A stretch of DNA of 64,000 nt from Arenicellales bacterium (lineage in GTDB: Bacteria > Pseudomonadota > Gammaproteobacteria > Arenicellales > JAJDZL01), in the NCBI GenBank assembly GCA_965214615.1, contig OZ243952.1:2648468-2712467 (forward strand), in the 5' to 3' direction. Of the stretch, positions 36,968-45,928 are shown one piece after another. Within the stretch, counting starts at the first letter, position 1, and every line of letters begins with the position of its first letter. The position numbers were made by a program, and so were the translations under genes. The notes beneath the pieces were generated by a model. That model was not told the DNA's origin and did not search any database. It saw only the letters and a list, made by a program, of their open reading frames with translations.

Positions 36968-37837
36968 CTACCGGTTCTCCAGGGCCAGTGCGCGGGTACG
37001 CCACTGCATCAATCGGTTGCCGGCCATGCGGACCAGGGCGGATGTGCCCCAGCCTACGAAACCCAGTGTCAGCATCCCGATCACCATCGGAATGGTCACA
37101 TTGTTCATGAACGCATCGACAATGAGGTAGCCGAGCCCCCAGTCCCCTGAAACCATCTCGGCCGCAACCAGCGAAAACCAGGCGACGCCGATGCTGATCT
37201 GCAATCCTGTAAAGATAAATGGCAGCGCACCGGGGACGACCACATGGAAGAATACGTGCCTAGGCTTCGAACCGAGGCATCCAGCCGCTCGGAAATACGC
37301 CTCATCAATGGAATCGACGCCCAGCAGCGTGTTCAGCGTGGTCACGAACAGCGAGGCCAGAGTCGCGAGAAAGATGACCGGCGTTTCAAACCCCTTGAAC
37401 ATCAAAATTGACAGCGGCACCCAGGCGAGAATTGGAATTGGGCGGAATGTTTCAAGAATTGGAAACAGGTATTCGCGAACCTTCTTCGACCAGCCCATGA
37501 ACAATCCAAGCGGAACGCCGACGCCGGTCGCAATGCAGAATGCAAAAAACACCCGCCGGCAACTGACGTATATGTGCTCGTAGAATTCTGCGGTGAAGAA
37601 CGAAATGCCTAGAAACGGCTCGACGGATGTCAGTTCCACGATGACGCGCCAGGGGCCGGGCATTTTCTCAAACCTCGGCAAATTCCAGACTTCGGAAAAC
37701 AGCTCCCAGGTGCCGAGCCACAATACGATCCCGAACGCCATCAGATACGGCACCGGAGATCTAAGCCGCTTGGCCAGCTTCAATCGAAGAATGCGGGCCT
37801 TGCTGTATTGAGGCGCAGAATTTTCTTTGTCGTTCAC
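36968..37837 (-). CDS. ABC transporter permease, NitT/TauT family (second permease)
   Basis: Multi-pass membrane protein. Its stop lies 1 nt before the ATPase start. Confidence 0.88.
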   Translation of the reverse strand: MNDKENSAPQYSKARILRLKLAKRLRSPVPYLMAFGIVLWLGTWELFSEVWNLPRFEKMPGPWRVIVELTSVEPFLGISFFTAEFYEHIYVSCRRVFFAFCIATGVGVPLGLFMGWSKKVREYLFPILETFRPIPILAWVPLSILMFKGFETPVIFLATLASLFVTTLNTLLGVDSIDEAYFRAAGCLGSKPRHVFFHVVVPGALPFIFTGLQISIGVAWFSLVAAEMVSGDWGLGYLIVDAFMNNVTIPMVIGMLTLGFVGWGTSALVRMAGNRLMQWRTRALALENR

Positions 37838-38002
37838 GCTAATTCCAAAAAAGATAAAACAACTATCGGGGTTTCATGTGAATGCGCCTGCCGTCGTGTT
37901 GCGCGAATTTCAACGCCGGCATAAGGCAATTACGCCGGCGTTGATTCAGCGCTTCAAGCCGAAGGCATGCGCCTGATTAGAAAGTATAGCCGCAACTTGC
38001 GA

Positions 38003-39133
38003 TCAGCCCGACCTTTCCATGCAATTGATCACTGCAAACGGAGCGGTCAAGCCACGTCCTTCGACAACCTTGCGGGCAAACGAGTCATCCACTCCGCCTT
38101 CGCGAATGGAGTCTGCCGCAGCCGGCTTCTTCGGCAGGCTGTACAGGAACGCGGTTGCGCGATCAAGAAGCTGCTGGACTTTCGGAGTGATATACATGTT
38201 CAGCTCATTTTTAACTGCGCCTCCGCCTTGGGACTCGGGCGAGCAGCCGTGTGCGGCACTCCAAAGATGCTCGCGGTCGACCTTTTCGGTCTGATCGTCC
38301 GCCAATTCGGCTACGCGGTCATAGTTCGCCGGATCAGACATGAACAGCTGAGCGTCCATTTCCGCTTCCATCCAGCCTGCAACCGCATCCGGGCGCTGAT
38401 CGACCAAATCGCCAAGCATCGTCATGAACGCACCGTCAAGGGCATCGAAGTCTTCACCGCTCGCCGCTCGGCGCGCGATTCCGGACATTGCAATCTTCGA
38501 GGCAGTCGGCTCCCAAATGGCCGCCGCATCAAGTTTGCCGGCGCGGAAGTTCGTCGTGATCACTTCGATGTTCTGATTCAGGTAGCGCTCAGGCTCGATT
38601 CCGGCTTTCTGAAATGCCAGCCGAGCGAAACGGTCCGTGCACGCGCCGTGGGGTGCAGACGTAATCTTTCCGTCCATCCACGCAACCGCTTCCGCACCGT
38701 TGGCGAACTCGGGAGCGTCGTTGCGCACGAGAAAGATATTGCACTGCTGCTTGGAAATTCCCAGCGAAGCCATGATCCGAATGTCCGTGCCGCCGCGCTC
38801 TTTCAAATTGCGAAACGTCGCCGCGATTGCAGGCATATCGCCCATGTATCCGATGTGCTGTTTCTCGCCGGTCATCGCGTTGACAATGACAGACCCCTGA
38901 AGGCCGATCTGAAATTCGACGCTCGACCCTTCGGGCAGGTATTTCTTCCACAGCTCCAGCCCGTTGTTGACAACACCCGACCAGGACTCGGTGTAATAAG
39001 GCTGATAGCCGACCACAAGATCGATCGCCTCTCCCTCGTTGCCGAAATCGACGTCGGACTGCGCGACTTGCGCCGCCATAGCCATCGCTGCGCCGGCGCA
39101 CAGCGCAACACTGTATTTTCTCATTCTATTCAT
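38003..39133 (-). CDS. ABC transporter periplasmic substrate-binding protein (NitT/TauT/NMT1-like)
   Basis: ATG at 39133. Signal peptide MNRMRKYSVALCAGAAMAMAAQVAQS. SBP-like body. The long plus-strand ORF here is an antisense shadow. Confidence 0.85.
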   Translation of the reverse strand: MNRMRKYSVALCAGAAMAMAAQVAQSDVDFGNEGEAIDLVVGYQPYYTESWSGVVNNGLELWKKYLPEGSSVEFQIGLQGSVIVNAMTGEKQHIGYMGDMPAIAATFRNLKERGGTDIRIMASLGISKQQCNIFLVRNDAPEFANGAEAVAWMDGKITSAPHGACTDRFARLAFQKAGIEPERYLNQNIEVITTNFRAGKLDAAAIWEPTASKIAMSGIARRAASGEDFDALDGAFMTMLGDLVDQRPDAVAGWMEAEMDAQLFMSDPANYDRVAELADDQTEKVDREHLWSAAHGCSPESQGGGAVKNELNMYITPKVQQLLDRATAFLYSLPKKPAAADSIREGGVDDSFARKVVEGRGLTAPFAVINCMERSG

Positions 39134-39268
39134 TGAACTCACTCTCTCTTTCTGCAAAATATGCCGGACGCAAACCGTCGCGGCGTGAACCAAATAGTAA
39201 ACTACTGGAATCGTGTCGGCGCAATAGAAAATTCACATCAGTCAATTTGCACCGCCTATATTCAATTT

Positions 39269-40315
39269 TCAGGCGAACTTGTCATAGCGGATCTTTGACG
39301 CCGGGATCTTTTTCTGCGTCACCAGCATCTTCAGCGACGCATCCACCGCCGGAGGCGGTCCTGCGACAAACACGGTCGAGGTGTCCGACAAGTCCGGCAG
39401 TCGCTTGTGCGCCACTTCATGCAAGTAGCCTTTTTCGAATTCGATATTCTTGAAATTCGCCTTCATGCGTCCTTCGTCGCTGTCGTCGACGAGTGCCACG
39501 CATACGCTTAGATTACTCCATTGGGCGCTCAGACTGTCGAGCAGCGAAGCGAAGAAAATATCGCGCATGCTGTTCAGTCCGAACACCAGGCGCATTCTGG
39601 CATCGCGCAGGTGTCCGGCATGGACTGCCCAGTCGAGAATTGCCATGATGCCGGCGATGCCGGTGCCTCCGGCCAGAGCGGCGATTTCCGTTTCGCCTTC
39701 AGGCAAGGCCACGGCGCGTCCCATCGGGCCAAATCCGGCGAGCCGGGCACCGTCGCGCACGTGTTCAAACAGCCAGTTCGTGAATGAACCGTCGCTCACG
39801 CGCTTTACCACAAACTTCAAGGCGCCGCTATCGCGGTCATATCCGCTGGTCATCGAGTACGCCCGGTAGCCGGGTATGCCGGGATGCTCGAGGGCGACGA
39901 ATTGTCCCGGCAAATATTCGATGTCCGCATCGATCGCAAGTTCGAACTCGGTCACGTCGGCGTTCAAAAAGCGCTGATTGCGAATTTCACCGGAAAAGTA
40001 TTGCGGAACCGGCAGCGGTATCGGAAATCTCGGCGCCGCGCGGACACGGATATGCACATCGTCCGTCAAGGCTGCGCTTTGGCACAGCAGGTGCTCACGG
40101 CGTTGCGGCTTGACATATCGCAGGCCCGGCGCCTTTGGCCAGGCAAGATCCAACTCCCCGCTTTCCAGCACTGCCTTGCATGTGCCGCAAGTCCCGGTCC
40201 CGCATTCGTAGGGAAGCGGCAATCCGTGCCGCAGTCCGCAATACAGCAGCCGTTCTCCCGCAAACGGCTCTACGGTTCTCGTCTTTTCACCGCGATGAAG
40301 GACAACAGCCATCAA
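39269..40315 (-). CDS. oxygenase reductase component: plant-type [2Fe-2S] ferredoxin domain fused to an FNR-like FAD/NAD(P)H domain
   Basis: CGTGTCGTC...C cluster ligands, RAYSMTS (RxYS FAD motif) and GGTGIAGIMAIL (NAD-binding). Confidence 0.85.
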   Translation of the reverse strand: MMAVVLHRGEKTRTVEPFAGERLLYCGLRHGLPLPYECGTGTCGTCKAVLESGELDLAWPKAPGLRYVKPQRREHLLCQSAALTDDVHIRVRAAPRFPIPLPVPQYFSGEIRNQRFLNADVTEFELAIDADIEYLPGQFVALEHPGIPGYRAYSMTSGYDRDSGALKFVVKRVSDGSFTNWLFEHVRDGARLAGFGPMGRAVALPEGETEIAALAGGTGIAGIMAILDWAVHAGHLRDARMRLVFGLNSMRDIFFASLLDSLSAQWSNLSVCVALVDDSDEGRMKANFKNIEFEKGYLHEVAHKRLPDLSDTSTVFVAGPPPAVDASLKMLVTQKKIPASKIRYDKFA

Positions 40316-40333
40316 GTGCGCATGCCGTGTGAT

Positions 40334-40687
40334 TCAAAAATCGTCATCTTCATCGTCTTCGAATTCGTATTCCAATTCCTCTTCGATGAATGCGTACAGG
40401 CGGTCGCCGTCGACTTTGGTCTGATATTGAAGCAAGGGCTTTTCGGCAGGATCCAGCACTTCGCCTGTTCGCATGTTCCAAGACCAAAGATGCTTCGAGC
40501 ATGTCAGGCGGTCGCCGTCGCAAATTCCGGAATCCGCGAGCGGCTCCTCCATATGCGGGCAAACCGGCGGGAATGCACGGAACTGGTCGCCCAGATTGGC
40601 GATCAGAATTTCAATGCCATCGACTTCGAACTCCTTTAGCTTGCCGCTTTTGACAGCGTCGGCCGCGCAGACTTCTTTCCAGCTCAT
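40334..40687 (-). CDS. Rieske-type [2Fe-2S] ferredoxin component
   Basis: CPHMEEPL...CSKHLWSW (CxH...CxxH), 117 aa, acidic tail EEELEYEFEDDEDDDF. Confidence 0.85.
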   Translation of the reverse strand: MSWKEVCAADAVKSGKLKEFEVDGIEILIANLGDQFRAFPPVCPHMEEPLADSGICDGDRLTCSKHLWSWNMRTGEVLDPAEKPLLQYQTKVDGDRLYAFIEEELEYEFEDDEDDDF

Positions 40688-40718
40688 ATCGTTGCGACCA
40701 AAAGCGCCTGGAGCCCGC

Positions 40719-41210
40719 CTAGAGCGGGTAATGGCAACCTTTCTGCAGATTGCGCGTATCGAGCTTGAACTCGCGGCGCGTGAATTTAATCCCGTCTCCG
40801 TTCAAACGGAACTGGTCCTGGTAGGTGCCCGCGACGTACAGCTCGGTACTTCCGGAGGTCATATGCGACATGCTGCCATCCCAGTGCGTCATGTAGACCG
40901 CGACGGAGGTTGTCGCTGTCGCCGTACCTTGGGATTCGTCAATCTCGACGTCATACACCACAGCATGGCGGCGAAGCGGCGAACGGTCGCTGTTGTGTTT
41001 CGGAAGCATGGAGACCAGCGATTCGATTTCAGACTTGGAACCGCTGAGGTAGATCATGTCCTTGCGGACTTCCGGAGAAAACGCGGTGATCAGATATTCG
41101 AAATCCTCTTCGCACATGTCCAGCCAATCGTCCCAGCGGTATTCATTCTTGTACAGGCACGACCGGTAGATCATCCGGTCAATCGTCTGACGGGTTTCTA
41201 AACTGTCCAT
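40719..41210 (-). CDS. Rieske oxygenase small (beta) subunit, NTF2/SnoaL-like
   Basis: 163 aa with the typical YRWDDWLDMC...F.Y beta-subunit N-terminal pattern. It lies immediately downstream of the alpha subunit gene. Confidence 0.8.
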   Translation of the reverse strand: MDSLETRQTIDRMIYRSCLYKNEYRWDDWLDMCEEDFEYLITAFSPEVRKDMIYLSGSKSEIESLVSMLPKHNSDRSPLRRHAVVYDVEIDESQGTATATTSVAVYMTHWDGSMSHMTSGSTELYVAGTYQDQFRLNGDGIKFTRREFKLDTRNLQKGCHYPL

Positions 41211-41275
41211 ACTCTATGGTTCCCTAATGAATTTTTGCACGGTGTACGGTCAACTGCTTCGCAGCGCGCATGCGG

Positions 41276-42541
41276 CTAGGAAACAGCGTGCAGTTGTTCC
41301 GAGCGTTCCTGAGGGAACGGAAGTTCCGGATTGCTCGGATTGCGATTCAGGTAGCGTCCCCACTCTTCGTAGTAGTGGCGCATGCCGTTCTCGTCGTGAA
41401 TCGTCTGATTCTCGTGCCGGCCATGCAGGATTCTGCGCGAGTCGGCGCCGTGCTGCATCGCCACGGTCTGGCCGGTGACTGCGAGAAGATCCTCATGCAG
41501 GTTGCGGCCGAACGGCCCCCAGATCGAATTGTGGTGCCGTATGCGCTCCTGGCGCTGCTCGGGGGTGTCGCTTTTCAGCCCCAGTCCCCGGAACTCGATC
41601 ATCAGCTTATCCGGCCCCAGCGGAGTCATCAGGTCGCAGCGCAGCGCGGATCCGCGAAGATTGAAATTAACGCCGGGGAACATATCGATCATGTACCAAT
41701 GATTGGGCGGCAGGTGCGGAAACGAAAGATTGCCGCGATCGTCAAATCCTTCGTAATTGTCGTACTTCACTTCAAACGTTCCCACTGTGACGTGCCCGTT
41801 CGGGTAGCCGGTGTTGGGCCGTGCAAAATAGGCGTCATTGAAGCCTGTAATGCGGTTGTGGTAGTGCAGGTAGTCGTGGTAGAACTCCGAGTTGGTGTCA
41901 TGCCACAGCTTGTAGTTGGTGTTTACGATGGCCTTGTGATAGTGGAATATCTCCAACGGCTCCTCGTTGAGCGACGCGCTTAGACAATCGAAAGCGTGAC
42001 CGCCCCACTCGGCTACCGACATCTCCATGCCGTCATCCAGGCAGACCCAGACGAATCCGCCGAAATGAACTTCGCATTTCAGCTCCCGCAACGATGCGCA
42101 ATCCTTGGAGAAACGGTCCTGATAGCCTTCCTTCTCGCGAGAGATATACACGCAGCGCCCTTTCATGTCGAACTGCCAGGCATGAAACATGCAGGTCATC
42201 CGTTTCGGCGTTCCCGAAGGCGTTCCGCGCTTGTAGCTGCCCGAGGGACGCAGTTCAATCGTATTGCTGCGATGCGGGCATACGTTCAGGAATGCGCGAA
42301 CCCTATTGTCCTTGGCACGCGTGAGAATGATCGGTTCGCGCGCAATTGAAAGCGTGCGGAAATCATAGGGGTTAGGCAGTTCGGACTCATGGCATACCGG
42401 AATCCAGACCTTTTTCCAGATTTTTTCTATTTCTTCCTCGAAAATGTCGGGGTCGGAATAGATGCGGCTGTCCACCCATTCGCCGTCTGCAAGCGGCGGA
42501 CGCGCCTGCCATTGCTCCCTGTTGCGTGTTCCGTTATTCAT
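41276..42541 (-). CDS. Rieske non-haem iron oxygenase large (alpha) subunit, divergent
   Basis: Rieske ligands C88-P-H90 and C117-M-F-H120 (nt 42182-42280). Catalytic-domain His cluster NSEFYHDYLHYH. 421 aa. Confidence 0.88.
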   Translation of the reverse strand: MNNGTRNREQWQARPPLADGEWVDSRIYSDPDIFEEEIEKIWKKVWIPVCHESELPNPYDFRTLSIAREPIILTRAKDNRVRAFLNVCPHRSNTIELRPSGSYKRGTPSGTPKRMTCMFHAWQFDMKGRCVYISREKEGYQDRFSKDCASLRELKCEVHFGGFVWVCLDDGMEMSVAEWGGHAFDCLSASLNEEPLEIFHYHKAIVNTNYKLWHDTNSEFYHDYLHYHNRITGFNDAYFARPNTGYPNGHVTVGTFEVKYDNYEGFDDRGNLSFPHLPPNHWYMIDMFPGVNFNLRGSALRCDLMTPLGPDKLMIEFRGLGLKSDTPEQRQERIRHHNSIWGPFGRNLHEDLLAVTGQTVAMQHGADSRRILHGRHENQTIHDENGMRHYYEEWGRYLNRNPSNPELPFPQERSEQLHAVS

Positions 42542-42582
42542 AGCTCTACTCCTTTATCAATGCAGTTAGCAATTGCGTGCGC

Positions 42583-43461
42583 CTACTTCGAGGCGCTCCA
42601 ATTGGTCAGACTCTCAAATTTCTCACGCTCCTGATCAGACATGTAGACAGTATGCTCCGGACCCGGGTAGATGCGCTCGCGAACTTCGTCCCGATAGCGT
42701 GTGAACACGTCTTCCATGATTGGGATCAGGTCGGTATAGATCTTCGAATGGCGCGGCGTATGCTCCTCGTACAGGTGAAACAGGTCGGAGGTAATGATGT
42801 GAACGCCGTGCGCCTTGTTGCCGGCGCCCAGGCTGATGACCGGAATCGGCAGCGTTTCGGTCAGATACTGGCAAAGCTCCTCACTCGTCACCTCGCACAG
42901 CAGTGAAAAGCATCCTGCATCAACCATTGCATGGGCGTCGTCGATCAGTTCCATGGCCCGGTCGGCTGTCTTGCCCTGGGCGAAGAATCCGCCCAGCTGC
43001 GGCATGCGCATCGGCGTGATGCCGATATGTCCCTGTACCGGAATTCCGGCCTTGACGATGGCCTCGATATTTTTCGCATGGTGCCGGTTGCCTTCGCATT
43101 TCATCACTTCGGCATTGGCCTCGTGCACGAAGCGCCCCGCATTCTCCACAGCCTGATCAGGCGATACGTGAAAGCTCCAGTACGGCATATCGACCATCCT
43201 CAATCCGTACTGGCTGCCCCGGTCAATCGCTTTGGCCATCATCATGACCTCGTCGAACGTCACAGTGACGGTGCTGGAGTGGCCGAATAGGATCATGCCT
43301 CCGGTATCGGACACGCACAGGATGTCGATGCCCAGCCGGTCTGCGATGACGGCACTTCGATAATCGTAGATTGCCATTTGAACGATTTGGTCATCGTTCG
43401 CCATTTTGCGCTTCAGTGCGTTGATCGTAACTTTACGACGCGGTTTTGAATCAGTGCTCAT
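42583..43461 (-). CDS. 3-methyl-2-oxobutanoate hydroxymethyltransferase (PanB) family protein
   Basis: End-to-end PanB-like sequence (DILCVSDTGGMILFGH, VDMPYWSF, VKCEG, IPVQGHIGITP, LLCEV...IPVISLGAG). It is the first gene of the minus-strand cluster. Confidence 0.85.
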   Translation of the reverse strand: MSTDSKPRRKVTINALKRKMANDDQIVQMAIYDYRSAVIADRLGIDILCVSDTGGMILFGHSSTVTVTFDEVMMMAKAIDRGSQYGLRMVDMPYWSFHVSPDQAVENAGRFVHEANAEVMKCEGNRHHAKNIEAIVKAGIPVQGHIGITPMRMPQLGGFFAQGKTADRAMELIDDAHAMVDAGCFSLLCEVTSEELCQYLTETLPIPVISLGAGNKAHGVHIITSDLFHLYEEHTPRHSKIYTDLIPIMEDVFTRYRDEVRERIYPGPEHTVYMSDQEREKFESLTNWSASK

Positions 43462-43943
43462 GAGTCATTTCTCTTTTTTGCTGTGATGTCTCCGAACGAA
43501 TGCCAACTTTCAGCGCATCCATTGATTAGTGGTGCAATAGATTATGTTCGCCAGAATATGCCAGTCAACCAGTTTGTACTTATGAGTCGATAGGCAATGT
43601 CTCACATTGGCCGGTGCAGCGAGGCGCACGCTGCCATTTCGAAGTCAACGACAACCAGCCGAGCTGTCATTGAAAGTGCAGTGCGAGTTTGCGTGCGCAA
43701 TGGCGACGCTCACCTTCGGGACAAAAAAGTCCAGGAACACGGGCCCTTGGAGTCTCGCCGCATCCGGAGCATTGGCATGCTGCATAGCATCGGCTTTGAG
43801 CCTGCGAGGCGGATATTCACAATCGAACGCAGGACGGATCAATTGCGCAGGCAGGCAATGGTCGAATTCTCGGCTTGAGGACGTGCAGAGGAAATCCGCG
43901 CGTCAGCAGATGCCGGTGCACGATCGTGCACCGCAAACTTGGC

Positions 43944-45134
43944 TCACTTACTCCCGATCAACTTAATGAACTCTGTTATTCCGAGCGCATCGATATCTGT
44001 GGCTAGTGGGAATCTTTCTTCACCCGGATAGATCACGTATTTCTCGGTTGCCCCGACATCCTTGCACCCTTCGTAAAATCCTCTGGAAACTTTCGGCGCT
44101 GTTGAGAATTTGATTTCAACGGCGCATGTTCGGCTGTTCGGCAACTCAAGTATCAAGTCGATTTCCGCTCCTGCTCTGGTGCGGTAATAGCTGAACTTCC
44201 AATGATCGCGCAATTCGCGGAGTATGTTCTCCACTACGAACGCCTCCCAGCTTGCCCCTCTGACTGAGTGACCTCGCAGGTCGTCAATGTTCCTTATAGT
44301 CAGGAACCAATGCGCCAGCCCGGAATCTCGCAGATACATTTTCGGGGTCTTGATCAAGCGTTTTCTTGCGTTTCCATGCCATGCGGGAAGCATTCGAACC
44401 ACAAAAGCCGAAACCAGGCTGTTCAGATAGCTTTTTATTGTGTTGTAGCTCACCCCTAGGCTTGATCCAAGCCGAGAAAAGTTCAGTTGCTGCGAATTTT
44501 CCCAAGCCAGCATTGACCAGAATACTCGTGTCGTGGTGGACGGAATCGATATGCCCATTTGCGGAATATCACGCTCAACGTATGAATGGATAAAGTCGGA
44601 TCTCCAGTTCCAGCTGCGCGAGTCCGAGTGCGCCGTAAAACTCTTGGGGAATCCGCCTCTCAGCCACAGCGATTGAAGATCCGATTCGCCGGATTTGTTA
44701 TCTTCGAGTTCAAGTATCGAAAACGGATTGATTTCGATAAACCGAATTCGACCAGCCAAAGTTTCCGAGGACTGACGAAGCAGGTCCCAGGAAGTCGAGC
44801 CAAGAATCAAAAACTGCGACGTCTGCTCCCCGTCACGAATTCTGGAATCGATAATGCTGCGAAGGAGCGGAAACAGGTTGGGCTTGCGCTGTACCTCGTC
44901 AATGATTAGCAGTTTGCCGCGGCACGATTCCAAATACGGTTCCGGATCGTCAATCTTCGCAAGATCCGAAACTCGTTCAAGATCAAGATAGACTGCCGGC
45001 TTTTCGATTCTTTTTGACACGTTCAGCGCAAGAGTTGTCTTTCCGACCTGGCGTGCGCCGAGCAGAGCGGCGGCGGGCATTTCGTCCAACGCGGCAATGA
45101 TTTGATTCTCGATTTTAATTCTGCTGAACATCAT
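43944..45134 (-). CDS. AAA-type ATPase with a DUF4143-like C-terminal region (COG1373-like)
   Basis: Walker A GARQVGKTT and Walker B LLIIDEVQ. The C-terminal half resembles DUF4143 (RFPKSF..., YRTRAGAEIDLIL). Somewhat AT-richer than its neighbours. Confidence 0.82.
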   Translation of the reverse strand: MMFSRIKIENQIIAALDEMPAAALLGARQVGKTTLALNVSKRIEKPAVYLDLERVSDLAKIDDPEPYLESCRGKLLIIDEVQRKPNLFPLLRSIIDSRIRDGEQTSQFLILGSTSWDLLRQSSETLAGRIRFIEINPFSILELEDNKSGESDLQSLWLRGGFPKSFTAHSDSRSWNWRSDFIHSYVERDIPQMGISIPSTTTRVFWSMLAWENSQQLNFSRLGSSLGVSYNTIKSYLNSLVSAFVVRMLPAWHGNARKRLIKTPKMYLRDSGLAHWFLTIRNIDDLRGHSVRGASWEAFVVENILRELRDHWKFSYYRTRAGAEIDLILELPNSRTCAVEIKFSTAPKVSRGFYEGCKDVGATEKYVIYPGEERFPLATDIDALGITEFIKLIGSK

Positions 45135-45168
45135 TGCTTATTATAAGTATGATTTATAATTAGCAATG
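45132..45168. promoter_or_regulatory. near-perfect 15-bp inverted repeat spanning the ATPase start codon
   Basis: CATTGCTTATTATAA gtatgat TTATAATTAGCAATG has 14 of 15 complementary positions. The left arm contains the CAT (ATG on the minus strand) at 45132-45134. Confidence 0.4.
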
Positions 45169-45908
45169 ATGTTTTTTATACGCATAATGTTTTCCTGTTG
45201 AGATGTGACGGCTGAAATCGACCGGCACAATGAACAGGAATTCATTTCCGGCGGCGGATTGGAATTTTCTTCTCCGAGTCAGTTCGGCGAACTGCCGGCG
45301 AGTTGTCAGGCATTTCCAGAAAATTCTCCTCCTTAGGGACTCATTTGCTAGCCCAATACAATCCGATTGCGCATTTTTAGCGCGAATTCGTGCGGCTCGC
45401 ATCCCCTGGCTACCCGGACTCCGGCTTCTCAGGCTCCCGACTCCGGCGAATGCGGGACTTATCCGGAGATTGCGGTGCCTATCCGGAAATTTGGCCGCAG
45501 CGTTCCACTTACAGCCTCGGTTATTCAAGTCGAATGCCCGAACCTTGAAGTCGCGAGTCGCATTACAATACTCCGTTTTCTCAAGTCGGTTTGAATTTTC
45601 CACTGCATTGCCCTGATTGTTGCTTACGCTATAAAAAGTCATCCCGCAACCCGAGTTGCCGGGCGTATGGAATCCGCATGGCGCGTTCACGGACATGAAG
45701 CTTGGGCGGAGGCGAGGACTTGAACAGGTATTGCATGTTATCGCTGATGCCCGCCGCGCAAGCGGTTGATGTACCAAACAGCAGGGATCGCGCGAACCGC
45801 AACAGGACGAATTGGCAGCAAAGCACATCATATTCTCGCTGTTCTTGAACTGGTCAGATGCTGGCAGTGGCTTGGCGATATGGATTCTTCGCGCTTTCAG
45901 GTATCATC

Positions 45909-45928
45909 AATTGAATTGAATTGAATTG
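45909..45928. repeat. (AATTG)x4 pentanucleotide tandem repeat
   Basis: aattgaattgaattgaattg read directly, about 95 nt upstream of the LysR gene start. Confidence 0.9.

Noticed and set aside
45380-45620. Short recurring words (ccggag, ccggaa, gactccggc) and a GTTCCACT... stretch that looked briefly like CRISPR repeats.
   Set aside because: There is no regular repeat-spacer periodicity and no repeat of 20 nt or more. No cas genes are present.
45160-45831. 223-aa minus-strand ORF filling the gap between the DUF4143 ATPase and the LysR gene.
   Set aside because: The composition is Cys/Arg/Ser-rich. There is no Shine-Dalgarno and no recognisable motif, and competing ORFs overlap it in other frames. 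I treat it as non-coding.
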